Assembly: GCA_951406725.2 (NCBI GenBank) | Contig: OX597829.1 | Coordinates: forward strand, 22,444,001 to 22,508,000 | Length of the DNA stretch: 64,000 nucleotides | Direction: 5' to 3' | DNA from: Octopus vulgaris | Lineage: Eukaryota | In this document: positions 1-12,074 of the stretch, piece by piece | How positions within the stretch are numbered: the first letter of the stretch is position 1 | Layout: every line of letters starts with the position of its first letter | Translations under genes and position numbers: made by a program | The notes under the pieces: model-generated | What the model was told of the DNA's origin: nothing | Database searches by the model: none | The model's input: only the letters and a program-made list of their open reading frames with translations

Positions 1-349
1 CCAAAGTAACAGGAGTGGCAACCTGCACGAGAAAGCAGGAAATGCAAGAAATGGAAAAAGAACTCCACCTCAAAAGTAAGAACACACCCAAGAAGAAGGC
101 TAACGGTAATTATGGGATAAGCTCATCACATCACTGGAACTATATGAGATCTATAGTTCTTCAAACAAATGATGAAGAACTGGTTAGGGTTATTGAACAA
201 ACTGAAGGATGATGAAGGGAATAGATGAAGAAATAGACCCCGACTTTAAAAACATATGAATGGTCAACTGCTAATGAAAAACCACACTAATAGAATTATG
301 ATCTTCTTGGTAGTCTTTTGTGTCTAAGAAAGGTGATTCTGTAACTTAT

Positions 350-570
350 TCCTCAGCAACCCGAACAGATGATTTATTTATAGTGATCAAATATTTGTGC
401 AGTAAATTGACAATACCTGTACAGGTGGATGGTGTGTCACATATCAGGTTATCAAAGTGATCATGGAACAACATGAAACGATGTGTTTTGCTTGAGAACA
501 TAACGCACTACCTGGTCTTTGATTGGAAAGCACAACACCTTAACCACTAGCCCACACTTCCTCACATGAT
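350..570 (-). mobile_element. Decayed tRNA-derived SINE, family D
   Basis: The minus strand reads GGCTAGTGGTTAAGG (A-box-like)...GTTATGTTCTCAAGCAAAACAC (CORE-like). Similar to copies at 28380-28530, 40430-40720 and 61215-61530. Confidence 0.55.
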
Positions 571-884
571 TGGGCAATAGGAGGTGGGAGATTCTTTGCA
601 CAGTTTGATGCCAAAGACGCTCACAAGCCCTTCAGGTGCATCAGCTTCAAGGTGTGACAAGGCACGGCAGGTAGTCAATGTCAGCAAGTGCCCTGAACCA
701 AAGTAGCTGCTGGGTTCTTTTCAAAGTGCTCAATGGGTTATAAATTTATCTAATTATACATTCATATTTTAAATGGTATCAAATTTTCAACATTAACTCA
801 GTAATACCCTTAATCTTCATTTTTTAAATTTTTTATAGAATTGTTGTGTCCATCTCCATGTTCTGTAATTTGTGTGTAATATCA

Positions 885-1085
885 TGACTGGCAGAATCAT
901 AAGCATTTAATGACATCTTGTCTGTCTTTACATTCTGAGTTCAAATTCTGCTGAGGCCTACTTTGCCTCCCATCCCATCCCATCGGGGTCAATAAAATAA
1001 GTACCAGTTGAACATTGGGGTCGATGTAAGCGACTTACTCCCTCCTCTTAAATTGCTAGCCTTGTACCAAAATTTGAAACTAATA
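885..1085 (+). mobile_element. tRNA-derived SINE, family B (Meta-domain-like)
   Basis: CTGGCAGAA head, GAGTTCAAATTC B-box, central CTTTGCCT..CATCC..GGGGTCAATAAAATAAGTACCAG, followed by (ATT)n. Confidence 0.8.
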
Positions 1086-1135
1086 TATGAGCCCTTGTGA
1101 CTTATTATTATTATTATTATTATTGGATGCTAAAC

Positions 1136-1166
<31 letters not shown>

Positions 1167-1241
1167 ATTATTATTGTGTAAACCTTTAGTGGTTAATAAA
1201 GAAAACATTATTATAATTACAAAAGTTTTTCTTCAGTTGTT

Positions 1242-1825
<584 letters not shown>

Positions 1826-1882
1826 ATATCATCATCATCATCATCGTTTAACGTCCGCTTTCCATGCTAGCATGGGTTGGAC

Positions 1883-1930
<48 letters not shown>

Positions 1931-2364
1931 TGCTTGAGTTGTCTAAGAGACCATAAGTCAGGGAAAAGATGCACTCGTATAACTGTTAGTAGAGTGGATA
2001 TGTTGTCTGAATTTTATGGTGTTAATTATCCATCAAGGCTGGTCTTACCAATTGGTTTTGCATGGAATTATATAATGAAGTATCAGGCAACAAACCAGTT
2101 ATATATATATATGTGCATGTATGTGAGGGTAATGTGTACATGAATATGTGGTTGTCTCAGAGTGTGTGGGTGTTTTTTTTTTGCTTTGGCACTACTTGGG
2201 GCAGTAGTAATAATGGTTATGTTTCACACACGCTGTCTGCCAACTCAGTTGTTTATCATGTGAAGACATGGGACAACAAACCCTCCCTTGTAAACAATCA
2301 AGTTTTCTTTCGTTGAACAATGTATCGAACATAATTATGATTTTTCTGTGAGACTTTTACCCTT

Positions 2365-2745
2365 TTCTGGTTTTCAGACATTGGACTGTGGCCATGCTGG
2401 AGCCATACCATGAAAAGTTGAATAAAGCAAACCCCTCCAACCCAAAAGGCTTATTTAAATTTTTTTCTGTTTTTTTAAGTCAGATCCTTATTCTATCAGC
2501 CTTTTTCCTGAACTGCTAAGCTATGGGGATGTAAACAAACCAACACCAGTTACCAAGCAATGGTAGAAGAACAAACACAAACACACATACACACACACAC
2601 ACAGGTAGATATACATGATGAGCTTTTTTCAATTTCCATCTACCAAATTCACTCACATGGCTAACCCAAGGTGCCACGTGGTGGGAATGAACACGGAACC
2701 ATGTGGTTGGGAAGCAAACTTCTTACAATACAGCCACACCTGCAT
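2365..2745 (-). mobile_element. SINE family A, decayed
   Basis: Reverse complement of the family A head (ACAGCCACACCTGC, GAACCATGTGGTTGG) and tail (GACTGTGGCCATGCTGGAGC). Confidence 0.8.
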
Positions 2746-2867
2746 TCATATTCTAGGTATCATCATCATCATCATCTTCTTTGTCTTTACATCTACTTTT
2801 CTCCATGCAGATGTGCTTTGAATGAGGCGTCTTGAGGTAGTACCTGATGACCAGATGCACTTCCTGT

Positions 2868-3135
2868 GATGATGATATTGGTGGCGTTAACGATGATGAT
2901 GATGATAATAATGATGATGATGATAATGATGATGATGATGATGATATTGATGGTAATAACGCCGATGAAAATAATAATTGTGATGATGATGATGATGATG
3001 ATGATGATGTAGTGATGTTGATGATATTGGTTGTGATAACAATGATGAAAACAATAATAGTTATGAGGGTGATGATGAGGATGATGATTATCATGATGAT
3101 GATGATATCATTGATGATGACAACGATGACGATGG
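2868..3135. repeat. Degenerate (GAT)n trinucleotide tract
   Basis: Imperfect GAT/AAT repeats. This is the source of spurious Asp/Met/Ser/Ile-rich ORFs. Confidence 0.9.
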
Positions 3136-3396
3136 CACCTTTGATTTGTGGTCAATAAAAAAAGTGACAGGTGAAGCTGATGCAGCTGCCAAGAGAAAAA
3201 CAAGGGGAGGGGCAAGGTTCCATAGAGTTGGGACAAGGTATTAAGGAAGGTGTGGGAGAAAGAAACTGGTGGTGGGTGGGTGGGTGATGAGTCTGAGTGT
3301 GAATGTGTGAGAATGTAAATATGTGTGTGAGTGTGTGTGCTTGTATACATACACACACACACATATGTGTATATCTCTCTCTCTCTCTCTCACTCT

Positions 3397-3505
<109 letters not shown>

Positions 3506-3604
3506 TACATAGGTAGGTATACAACTATACATAAAGATAAATAAACAAATAGGTAGACAGATAAATATTTATATTTATACAGGTACAGACAAATAGAAAG
3601 AAAC

Positions 3605-3679
<75 letters not shown>

Positions 3680-4069
3680 AAGAGAGCAGGAAAGGTGGGA
3701 AAAGAATGACTAACATGTTTCATTATGGTTTTAAATAACAACTGGCACCACTGGGGTGAAATGGTGGCTTCAAATCATGCTGATAAAAAAGTCAGAATCT
3801 CAGAGTTGAAATCTGACTGACAGAATGGTCTATGGATACATGCACACACACACACATACACACACACAGCATTTAGATGGACAGCAGTTGGAAAATGGTA
3901 ACCTGGATACCCCAAAAATATCTGGCCTGGAATAGGATAGTTGAAGGCGAATTGAGTTGAATGGATCTTACAGAGAAGCAACGCAGAGAGAATTACCAAA
4001 TTATCCAAAGCCTTATTTACCAACTTGGAAGAAGAGGATTAATGATAATAATAATAATAATAATAAATA

Positions 4070-4700
4070 ATCCTTTCTACTGTAGGCACAAGGCCTGGAA
4101 TTTTGCTGGGAGGGGATTAGTCAATTACATCGACCCCAGTGCATAACTGGTACTTAATTTATTGACTCTGAAAGGATGAAAGGCAAAATCGACCTCAGTG
4201 GAATTAATAATAATAATGATGATGATGATGATGATGATGCTTTCAAATTTTGACTAGCGACTGGAGTGGGAGGGGAGTAAGTTGACCCCAGAGTTCAGCT
4301 GGTACTTATTTTATCAACCTTTAAATCATGAAAGTAAAAGACAACTTTAACAGCATTTGAACTCAGAATGTAAGGAAATGTTGCTAAGCATTTTGTCTGG
4401 AATGTTAACAATTCTGCCAGCATACAACAACAACAACAACAATAATAATAATTCTTTCTGTAATAGGCACAAGGCTTGAATTCTTTTTTTTTTTTTTTTG
4501 TAGTGGGCAATAGTCTTTTTAGGGACCAATAGTCTATTCACATTGACCCCAGTACTTGTCTGGTACTTACTTTGTTGACCCTGAAAGGATGAAAGGCAAA
4601 GCTGACCTCAGCTTCATTTAAACTCAGAATGTAAAGAGGGACAAAATGCTGCTAATTATTCTGTCCAGTGAGCTAACGATTCTGCCAGCTGACTGCCTTA
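4070..4700 (-). mobile_element. Three head-to-tail SINE family B copies separated by (AAT)n/(GAT)n/(CAA)n
   Basis: The motif GGCACAAGGC...CTGGTACTT..TTTAT.GAC.CTGAAAGGATGAAAGGCAAA..GACCTC recurs at about 4070, 4240 and 4455. Confidence 0.85.
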
Positions 4701-4884
4701 ACAACAACGACAACGACAACAATAGCAATGTATATAGGTGTTTAATTTCTAAGTATAAAAATAACTCAATATATGGCACAGAATTAAATATTTACTTTCC
4801 TTTTTTATAAAACAATGACTTCAAAGTTTTTTTCAAATCTGGCTCTGCAAACTCTTAATTACATATTTTAATAATACATAAAGT

Positions 4885-5090
4885 AACGAGCTGACAGAAT
4901 TGTTAACGAGGTGAGCAAAATGGTTAGTTGCATTTTGTATGTCTTTAAATTCTGAGTTCAAATTCTGCCAAGGTAAATTTTGTCTTTCATCTTTTTTGTT
5001 AAGTACCAGTTGATTGCTGGAGGTGGGGTTAATGTAATCAACTTATCCCTTTCCCTGAAATGGCTAGCCTTGTGCCTAAATTTGATATCG
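4885..5090 (+). mobile_element. SINE family B
   Basis: CGAGCTGACAGAA head, TCTGAGTTCAAATTCTGCC, AAGTACCAGTT, GCCTTGTGCC tail. Confidence 0.8.
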
Positions 5091-5205
5091 ATATTATAAA
5101 TATGTACTCTGTAGATGTATTTATTTTTACATTAGCTTTTAGCAAAAAAGGTTGAGAGTAACTTCAAAGTCCCTGTCAATCTTTTGCATCACAAAAGTTA
5201 ATATA

Positions 5206-5597
5206 GGCGCAGGAGTGGCTGTGTGGTAAGTAGCTTGCTTACCAACCACATGGTTCCGGGTTCAGTCCCATTGCGTGGCACCTTGGGCAAGTGTCTTCTA
5301 CTATAGCCTCGGGTCGACCAAAGCCTTAAGAGTGGATCTGGTAGACGGAAACTGAAAGAAGCCTGTTGTATATATGTATATATAAGTGTGTGTGTTTGTA
5401 TGTCTGTGTTTGTCCCACCAACATCACTTGACAACCGATGGTGGTGTGTTTACGTCCCCCATAACTTAGCGTTTCGGTAAAAGAGACTGATAGAATAAGT
5501 ACTAGGCTTACAAGAATAAGTCCTGGGGTCGATTTGCTTGACTAAAGGGGGTGCTCCAGCATGGTTGCATTCAAATGACTGAAACAAGTAAAAGAGT
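5206..5597 (+). mobile_element. Full-length tRNA-derived CORE-like SINE, family A
   Basis: A box TGGCTGTGTGGTAAG, B box GGGTTCAGTCCC, CORE-like GGCACCTTGGGCAAGTGTCTT, internal TA/TG microsatellite, tail GACTGAAACAAGTAAAAGAG. Confidence 0.92.
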
Positions 5598-5635
5598 ATA
5601 AACACACACACTCACTATATATATATATATATATA

Positions 5636-5782
5636 GCAAAAACTGTCTGATGAACGGCAACGAGAAACTCAGAGTAACAGATTTTGTTGAATTTTCTGCT
5701 GCTTAAAATAAAGCATATTACTCTACCACTGGTATTTGAGTACTCTTTTTTCCACCTTGTTTCACATTTATGTGTTTACTCC

Positions 5783-5783
<1 letters not shown>
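5636..5783 (+). mobile_element. Short Penelope-like pseudo-LTR fragment inserted in (TA)n
   Basis: About 150 bp of non-simple sequence flanked on both sides by TA runs. It begins with a minimal hammerhead motif and contains AATAAA. Confidence 0.55.
5639..5685 (+). ncRNA. Minimal type I hammerhead ribozyme motif
   Basis: Stem I AAAACTGT/ACAG-A-TTTT; core CTGATGA (5647-5653); short stem II CG-GCAA-CG; GAAA (5664-5667); palindromic stem III ACTC-A-GAGT; GTA cleavage triplet (5674-5676). Confidence 0.72.
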
Positions 5784-5824
<41 letters not shown>

Positions 5825-5849
5825 TGTTTGTTTTTATGCTCAGTTATAT

Positions 5850-6095
5850 CATTATCATCATTTAACATCTGTAGTCCATGCGGGCATGGCACACTGGAAG
5901 GCTGCACCAGACTCCAGTCTGATTTGGCATGGTTTTCTATGGCTGGATGCCCTTCAAATGCCACCAGCGTGGGTGCCATTTGCGTGACACCAGGGTGCAT
6001 TTATATGCTACTGGCACAGGTGCCAATTTGTGGCACACAGGTAATTGCCACAACTGTGATTTTGCTTGGCTTGATGGGTCTTCTTCTCAAAGAAC
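5850..6095 (-). mobile_element. Retroposon family C (RTE-associated-like, (TGA)n tail), decayed
   Basis: CATCATTTAACATC..CCATG..GGCATGG, GGCTGCACCAGACTC and GGCTGGATGCCCTTC motifs are shared with 16908-17090. Confidence 0.7.
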
Positions 6096-6143
6096 TTTAT
6101 TTCAATTTGATGGATTACTCTATACTTTTGTAGAGTACAAATT

Positions 6144-6246
6144 TATTACTCTTATACAAGAATGTTATTGATAGTGACTTTGAAGTTTGGGCCAGCTAAG
6201 CTATTATTGGAGTCACTGTCAACAACATTCTTGTATAAGAATAATA
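6144..6246. other. Long inverted repeat / hairpin
   Basis: TCTTATACAAGAATGTTATTGATAGTGACT (from 6150) is the reverse complement of AGTCACTGTCAACAACATTCTTGTATAAGA (ending 6240) at 28 of 30 positions. Confidence 0.85.
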
Positions 6247-6522
6247 CACACACACACACACTGTTTGTGGATTGTACCAATGATGTAAGAGAATTGAATG
6301 ATGGTACCAGAGACTGACTGAGTATGTTTAAGATCCCCATTTTGGGTTGAGATATAACATGGAAGATCAAACATGGCAATGTGAAGGAATGGTTCTTTGA
6401 TAACAATGGACATTAACAGTGGTGCTGTTATTGTTGTTTGGTTTTTAGGTTAGCCGTAATGAAAGACATTCCAACTAGTATCAACCCGTCTATTTTTGAG
6501 ACATATTGTGTGTATGTATATT

Positions 6523-6565
<43 letters not shown>

Positions 6566-6673
6566 ACGTGCATGCACATGTGACTATGTAAAGCAAAGTG
6601 TCCTTCAATAGGAAATTTGGATGCTATTTCTAGCAAGTGCATCAACTGGTGGTTTGTGATAATGAAGTTGACA

Positions 6674-6707
<34 letters not shown>

Positions 6708-7174
6708 GAGGGAGTGAATGACAATGATGATAGTGATGATAACAATGATGACAACACAATGGCAATGATGTATGATGATGATGATGATAATAATAACAAC
6801 AGCAATGGTAATGATGGTACTAGTTTCAATTCCAATTTGAAGCCGAACTACTACTTGGCTTATGACTAGAAAGAATGGGATGAACTCCCCAAATATTGGT
6901 TTCTTGGATCTGAAAATATCTCTGCTAAAGAATAAATAAAATCTAAACTTATTCAAATGATACAACAGTAGCATTCCTGCATTGATGCCGGGAACTGGCC
7001 GTAGATCATAATGTTGATGGCAACCATCATGATTACACACACACACACAAACAAACACACACATACTGTATATTATAGATATTTATTTTACACATGCATG
7101 CCAATTATTAAAGAATACATAAGAAATTTTTTTTTTTTTTTAAATCATTTCACTACATAAAAATGGGCGGTTGA

Positions 7175-7545
7175 AAAGACCACATGAATTATTTACCAAT
7201 AAGTCTTCTATGTTCCAGAAAGAAACTTTTCATGAATATCATAGAATTGTCAAACAATTGGAAGAATACCATTTACGTGAACAACAAGCAGGATTTCAAG
7301 GAAGTATTTCCACCACTGACCATCTAAACCTAAATGACATGAACCAACTAATTGAAAGAATATAGCATTCCATTCTGTATAGTTTTTCTGGACAATCAAA
7401 AAGGACTTAACACTATGGAAATATCAGCAAAGATGACCATAAAAAAAAAAAAACCCAATGTGTGGAACCCAGTATGTGTCAGCATCATAAATACATCCCC
7501 CCTACCAATGCTACATCTTTCATCAAACTGCACAAAGTCTCAAAT
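7175..7545 (+). pseudogene. RTE-clade LINE reverse transcriptase fragment (frameshifted)
   Basis: The translations LREQQAGFQGSISTTDHL..MNQLIER and EYSIPFCIVFLD resemble the RTE RT motif EQAGFR.G.ST.DH...L.QL.EK..EY..PL...F.D. Confidence 0.7.
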
Positions 7546-7764
7546 AAATATCTACTTTTACCTTTTACACCAAGCTTGCAATGTAAGTTGTTAAATATGC
7601 ATTGCTTCTGTCTAGAAACAATACATATTCTACATATAGATGGAGGAAGGAAACTAGTTAATAATGAACTCAGAACCATGTAGTTGGTAAGCAAGCTTCT
7701 TACCACACAGCCACTCCTGCGCCTCTATATGAGAGTTTTATTTTTTTTAAAAATAGAATACCTG

Positions 7765-7932
7765 TTTCTTTATTACCCACAAGGGGCTAAACATAGAGGG
7801 GACAAACAAGGACAGACATAGGTATTAAGTCGATCATATCGACCCCAGTGCGTAACTGGTACTTAATTTATCGACCCCGAAAGGATGAAAGGCAAAGTCG
7901 ACCTCGGCGGAATTTGAACTCAGAACATAACG
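7765..7932 (-). mobile_element. SINE family B, low-divergence copy with alternative tail
   Basis: Near-consensus GACCCCGAAAGGATGAAAGGCAAAGTCGACCTCGGCGGAATTTGAACTC. Tail TTTATTACCCACAAGGGGCTAAACA. Confidence 0.88.
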
Positions 7933-7955
7933 ATCGTCTATTATAGTTTTGGACT

Positions 7956-8745
7956 TAAATATAATACCATTTTATGTCTGGTTCTATTTAACTAAATCAT
8001 CATTCTATTACTAGGTTCTATTTAACCCTTTCATTACCAACCCGGCTGAAACCGGCTCTGGCTCTGAGTACAAAGGTCTTGTTTTCATAAATTTTGAATT
8101 AAAATCTTCCACCAAACCTTAGTCACAATTTATGTTCCTAACACCAGCTGAATGACAACTAAGTTATTTTACTAAATTCTTTGTTATAATCAAAATAATT
8201 GAAAGAAACACAGAGCATCACAAAATAAATACATTAACGAAAGGGTTAAATATACAACCAAGGAGCTCTATGTGGATTCCGTTTGAATATATCACCATTC
8301 TATCGACAGATTTTAACTAAATAACCGGGTTTAAGTAGATTATAGTGCTCCATGTGGATTCTGTTGAAATATCTCACTCTTTCTATGAGTGTGTCTTATT
8401 TAAGTAAATCCGTATTATATCTCTGAATTCCATTTAAATATTCAAGTATTCTATTAATTTGTTCCATGTTCTATGTGAATATTATTACCATAGCAACACT
8501 GAGTTTCAATTTAACATACCACCATTTCTATTTCAAAATCTAACACATTCTTTCTTTCTCTCCATGGAAAAAAAAAAAACAGAACATATATTCTTAGCTT
8601 CATCAAGTCTCCAGTCTTTTAAATTCAATTAATGTCAGCAGCATTATATTTGAAAGTGGGTAATTTTTCTAGAATGTAGAAAGCACTTAAAGTATTTAAC
8701 AATCTCCCGATTCTGTTTCAAATACTTCAAAATACATTGAATTAT

Positions 8746-8798
<53 letters not shown>

Positions 8799-9060
8799 TT
8801 TGATTGCATCACAATGTTTGTTTAATAGTTTCCATTATCACATACACTTAGCTATCCTCTCAGAGTACACTCAAGCAGCTGTCCTCTCTGAGTACAGTCA
8901 TAATTCTAACTTACCAGGAACCACTTCATATTTAGTAATTATGGAAACGAGACTTAGTATTCAGATTTCTTTGACCAAAATGTGTGCAGGATGGGGTGGA
9001 TGGGGGAGAGGAACACAAAGCATGGGAAGAACTGCTTAAGTTGGTTCTCAGGACATTCAA
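7956..9060 (+). repeat. Left arm of long-range inverted duplication (partner 26638-27450)
   Basis: For example, AAGTCTCCAGTCTTTTAAATTCAATTAATGTCAGCAGCATTATATTTGAAAGTGGGT is an exact reverse complement of sequence at about 27004-27060. The match is collinear through GGTTCTCAGGA. Confidence 0.93.
8026..8245 (+). mobile_element. piggyBac-like MITE (220 bp) with TTAA target-site duplication
   Basis: TTAA|CCCTTTCATTA...TAACGAAAGGG|TTAA. The paralogous site at 27381-27384 carries a single TTAA. Confidence 0.9.
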
Positions 9061-9572
9061 ATGCAACGGAAGGCTGAGGTACGAGTGTGCGTATGTGGAC
9101 ATCGCTAAATGTTCCAGACCTCAATCTCTGGCCGTTTCAATCTGAAGAAATGGATGTTACAATTCCTGATGTTGTCCAAATATGGAAGAGATTTTTAAAC
9201 ATAACAATGATGATGACATCAACACCATCAGCAATGATGATGGTGATGATGATGATGATGATGATGATGACAACAGATGATGATGATGATAGTGGTGATG
9301 ATGATGCTGATGATGGTTTGTGGGAGTGTTGGGATTACAGCAGTGGGAGTGCTGGGATGACGATGGTGGGAGAAGTAGTAGCGGCGACAGTGGTGAGGGT
9401 AGTGGTTTTGAAGATTATCATGATTCTTTGACTATTGTGGTTTTATTTGTAGCAACAGTTTAAAAAAAAAGAATCAAAAGAAAAAACAAAAAAAACAATG
9501 TTGTCAATGCTGCTATGTGAAAGAAAAACTAAAAGAGCAAAAAATAACTATTATGGCTAGATTTTTACCAAT

Positions 9573-9573
9573 T

Positions 9574-9605
<32 letters not shown>

Positions 9606-9609
9606 AACC

Positions 9610-9682
<73 letters not shown>

Positions 9683-9742
9683 CAATAATGATATAATAAT
9701 AATAATAACAACAATAATGATGATGATGATGATGATGATAAC
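9573..9742. repeat. Compound (GAT)n/(AAT)n microsatellite
   Basis: Direct reading of the repeats. Confidence 0.95.
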
Positions 9743-10465
9743 AATTTATGTAATAAAAATATAAACGACATCACAGTCACAAAATATGTCTTATACAAGC
9801 ACCAAATCTCATTACCGAAACGGAGAAAGAGAAGGCAGGGTGTATGCGTGTGTGTGTGTGTATGTGTGTGTGGGAAGATGAGGAAGACGAAGATGAAAGG
9901 AATAGGCGGGGGGGGTGAATACTTTGATGAATGTAAATAGAGCATAAAACATTTGGATAGCATCATAACCCTGCGACTCCGATGTATTCTGCGAGAAGTC
10001 TTGCTGCTCGCCACATGTCTTTCACATTACAAGTTGTCCAAGAAACAACATTCCCCACCCCCCCAACTCACCCCACTCTGAAAATATATTTTATTATTGG
10101 TCGAAAACAGAATGAAAACAAAAACAAAAATAAAAGACTGGTTTTAATATTACAGCATTTATGTTTGTTTTTATATATTCATTTATTTTGTTTTTGGTAG
10201 AAGTAATAAGAACTTTATATGTTACAAAGGTGTTGTTTCACATCAGATATTTCCCTTTGGATCTTTACCGTTTTGTCCAAGTTCGTAATTAACAGACTTA
10301 CAATAATAACAAAAAGAAAAAGAAAAATAACAAAGAAAATCACCAAAAAAGCAAATAAAGAAAAGAAATATGAAATTGGAAATGTTCAGAGATAATTCCG
10401 CTAATTACATGTAATTATATATAATATTGGTGTTTAGACAAGACGAGAGAAGTCTTTGCTTATAT

Positions 10466-10825
10466 TTATTACCTCTGCCTTAGTGAAGGCGGCGGTATTG
10501 TTTTCAGTTGTGTTTATTTGTTTGTGGACAAAATATCTCAAGAACCGTTGGATGGATTTGGATGAAATTTTCAGAGATGTTTGGCCTCATGACTGGCACT
10601 TAGATCTTGGGATCAATATGATATTGGACAAGGATTATGGATTATTTTTTCTGTTTTTTTTTTTTACTTAATTTTTGAGAGCAGTCAGGTTCATTTTTAA
10701 TATTCTTGTTAGTGAGAGCAGTTGAGTTTATTTCAGATATTCTCATTTTGAAAATCAGCTCTGGCTAATCGTTGAGAGGACATTGGTGTTGCCTTGGCAG
10801 AGGTTTGTGCTCTCTGAGTGCTCTT
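10466..10825 (+). mobile_element. Helentron/DINE-1-type non-autonomous element (HINE-like)
   Basis: 5' TTATTACCTCTGCC, internal GGATTTGGATGAAATTT, subterminal inverted GGCAGAGG followed by a short 3' palindrome GTGCTCTCTGAGTGC, T-rich flanks. Confidence 0.7.
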
Positions 10826-11002
10826 ATTTTTATTTATTTTATTTCTCTTTCATATATACTTTACTAGAAATGAGATTTACAATATATGTATGTGTGTGTG
10901 TGTGTGTGTGTGTGTATGCAGGGTCCTGTATGTGAGTGTTTATGGCGATTTATTATATGTATGTGCGTACATATCCTGTGTGTACATGTATGTGTGTGTG
11001 TA

Positions 11003-11159
11003 ATGGCCTGTGTGGTAAGAAGCTTGCTCCCCAACCACATGGTTCCGGGTTCAGTCCCACTGCAGGGCACCTTGAGCAAGTATCTTCTACTATAGCCTTG
11101 GGCCAACCAAAGCCTTGCAATTGGATTTGGTACATGGAAACTGAAAGAAGCCTGTTTGT

Positions 11160-11207
<48 letters not shown>

Positions 11208-11450
11208 TTATGCATGTGTCTTTGTGTCTATTTTTGTCCCCTCCCCATCACCACTTGACAACCAGTGTTGGTGTGCTTAGATAATCGTAACTTAGCAGTT
11301 CAGCAAGAGACTGATAGAATAAGTACTAGGTCTTAAAAATAAGTCTTGTGTGGGGTCAGTTTCTTCCACTAAAAACCCTTTTAAGGTGGTGTTCCAGCAT
11401 GACTGCAGTCAAATGACTGATACAAGTAAAAGAAATAAAAGAAAAGAATA
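11003..11450 (+). mobile_element. SINE family A, near full length
   Basis: Same A/B boxes, CORE-like segment and tail as 5206-5597. Confidence 0.88.
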
Positions 11451-11713
11451 AAAGTGTGTGTGTGTGTGTACATGTCTGTATGATCCTCTGTGTGTGTGTG
11501 TGTGTAAGGTTGGGGATCCTGTGAGTGTGTTTGTGTGTGTATGTGTGAGTGTGTATACTTGTATGTATTCACATGCAACTGTTTATCTGTGAGTGTGTGT
11601 GCATGTGTATGTATGCTAGTGTGAACCTCTGAGTGCATTTGTTCATGTGTAAGTATGTGTATATATCTGTATGTATAACCTTTGTATGTGTGTATGCATG
11701 TCAGTGTACATGC

Positions 11714-11751
<38 letters not shown>

Positions 11752-11854
11752 ATACAGATGTTATCACAATATTACATCTATTATTTTATTATTTATTTAT
11801 CCTTAACTACTAAACCAGTTATACAGTGTGTGCATATGTGTGAGAGAGAGAGAG

Positions 11855-11888
<34 letters not shown>

Positions 11889-12074
11889 TAGCAACATACG
11901 GTATTCATTTTTCATTGTTCTGGTTTCTTCAACCATTTAAAACAATAACGGAATGAACTGTCCAATTTCTAAGAGACAAAGAATTCTTCATTAACATTAT
12001 TTTAAGAATTCATTAAAACATTTCTCCATGGACTGGAAAACAAAGACAGCTATTTGTAATTCACAGACACAATG

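Noticed and set aside
15-260. 65 aa ORF at the window start
   Set aside because: GTG start, short, truncated by the window edge and no recognisable family.
2833-2845. let-7-like TGAGGTAGTA
   Set aside because: Only the first 10 nt match and no precursor hairpin is evident.
5206-5280. tRNA gene
   Set aside because: The A/B boxes belong to a SINE head that continues into a CORE-like body; no full cloverleaf.
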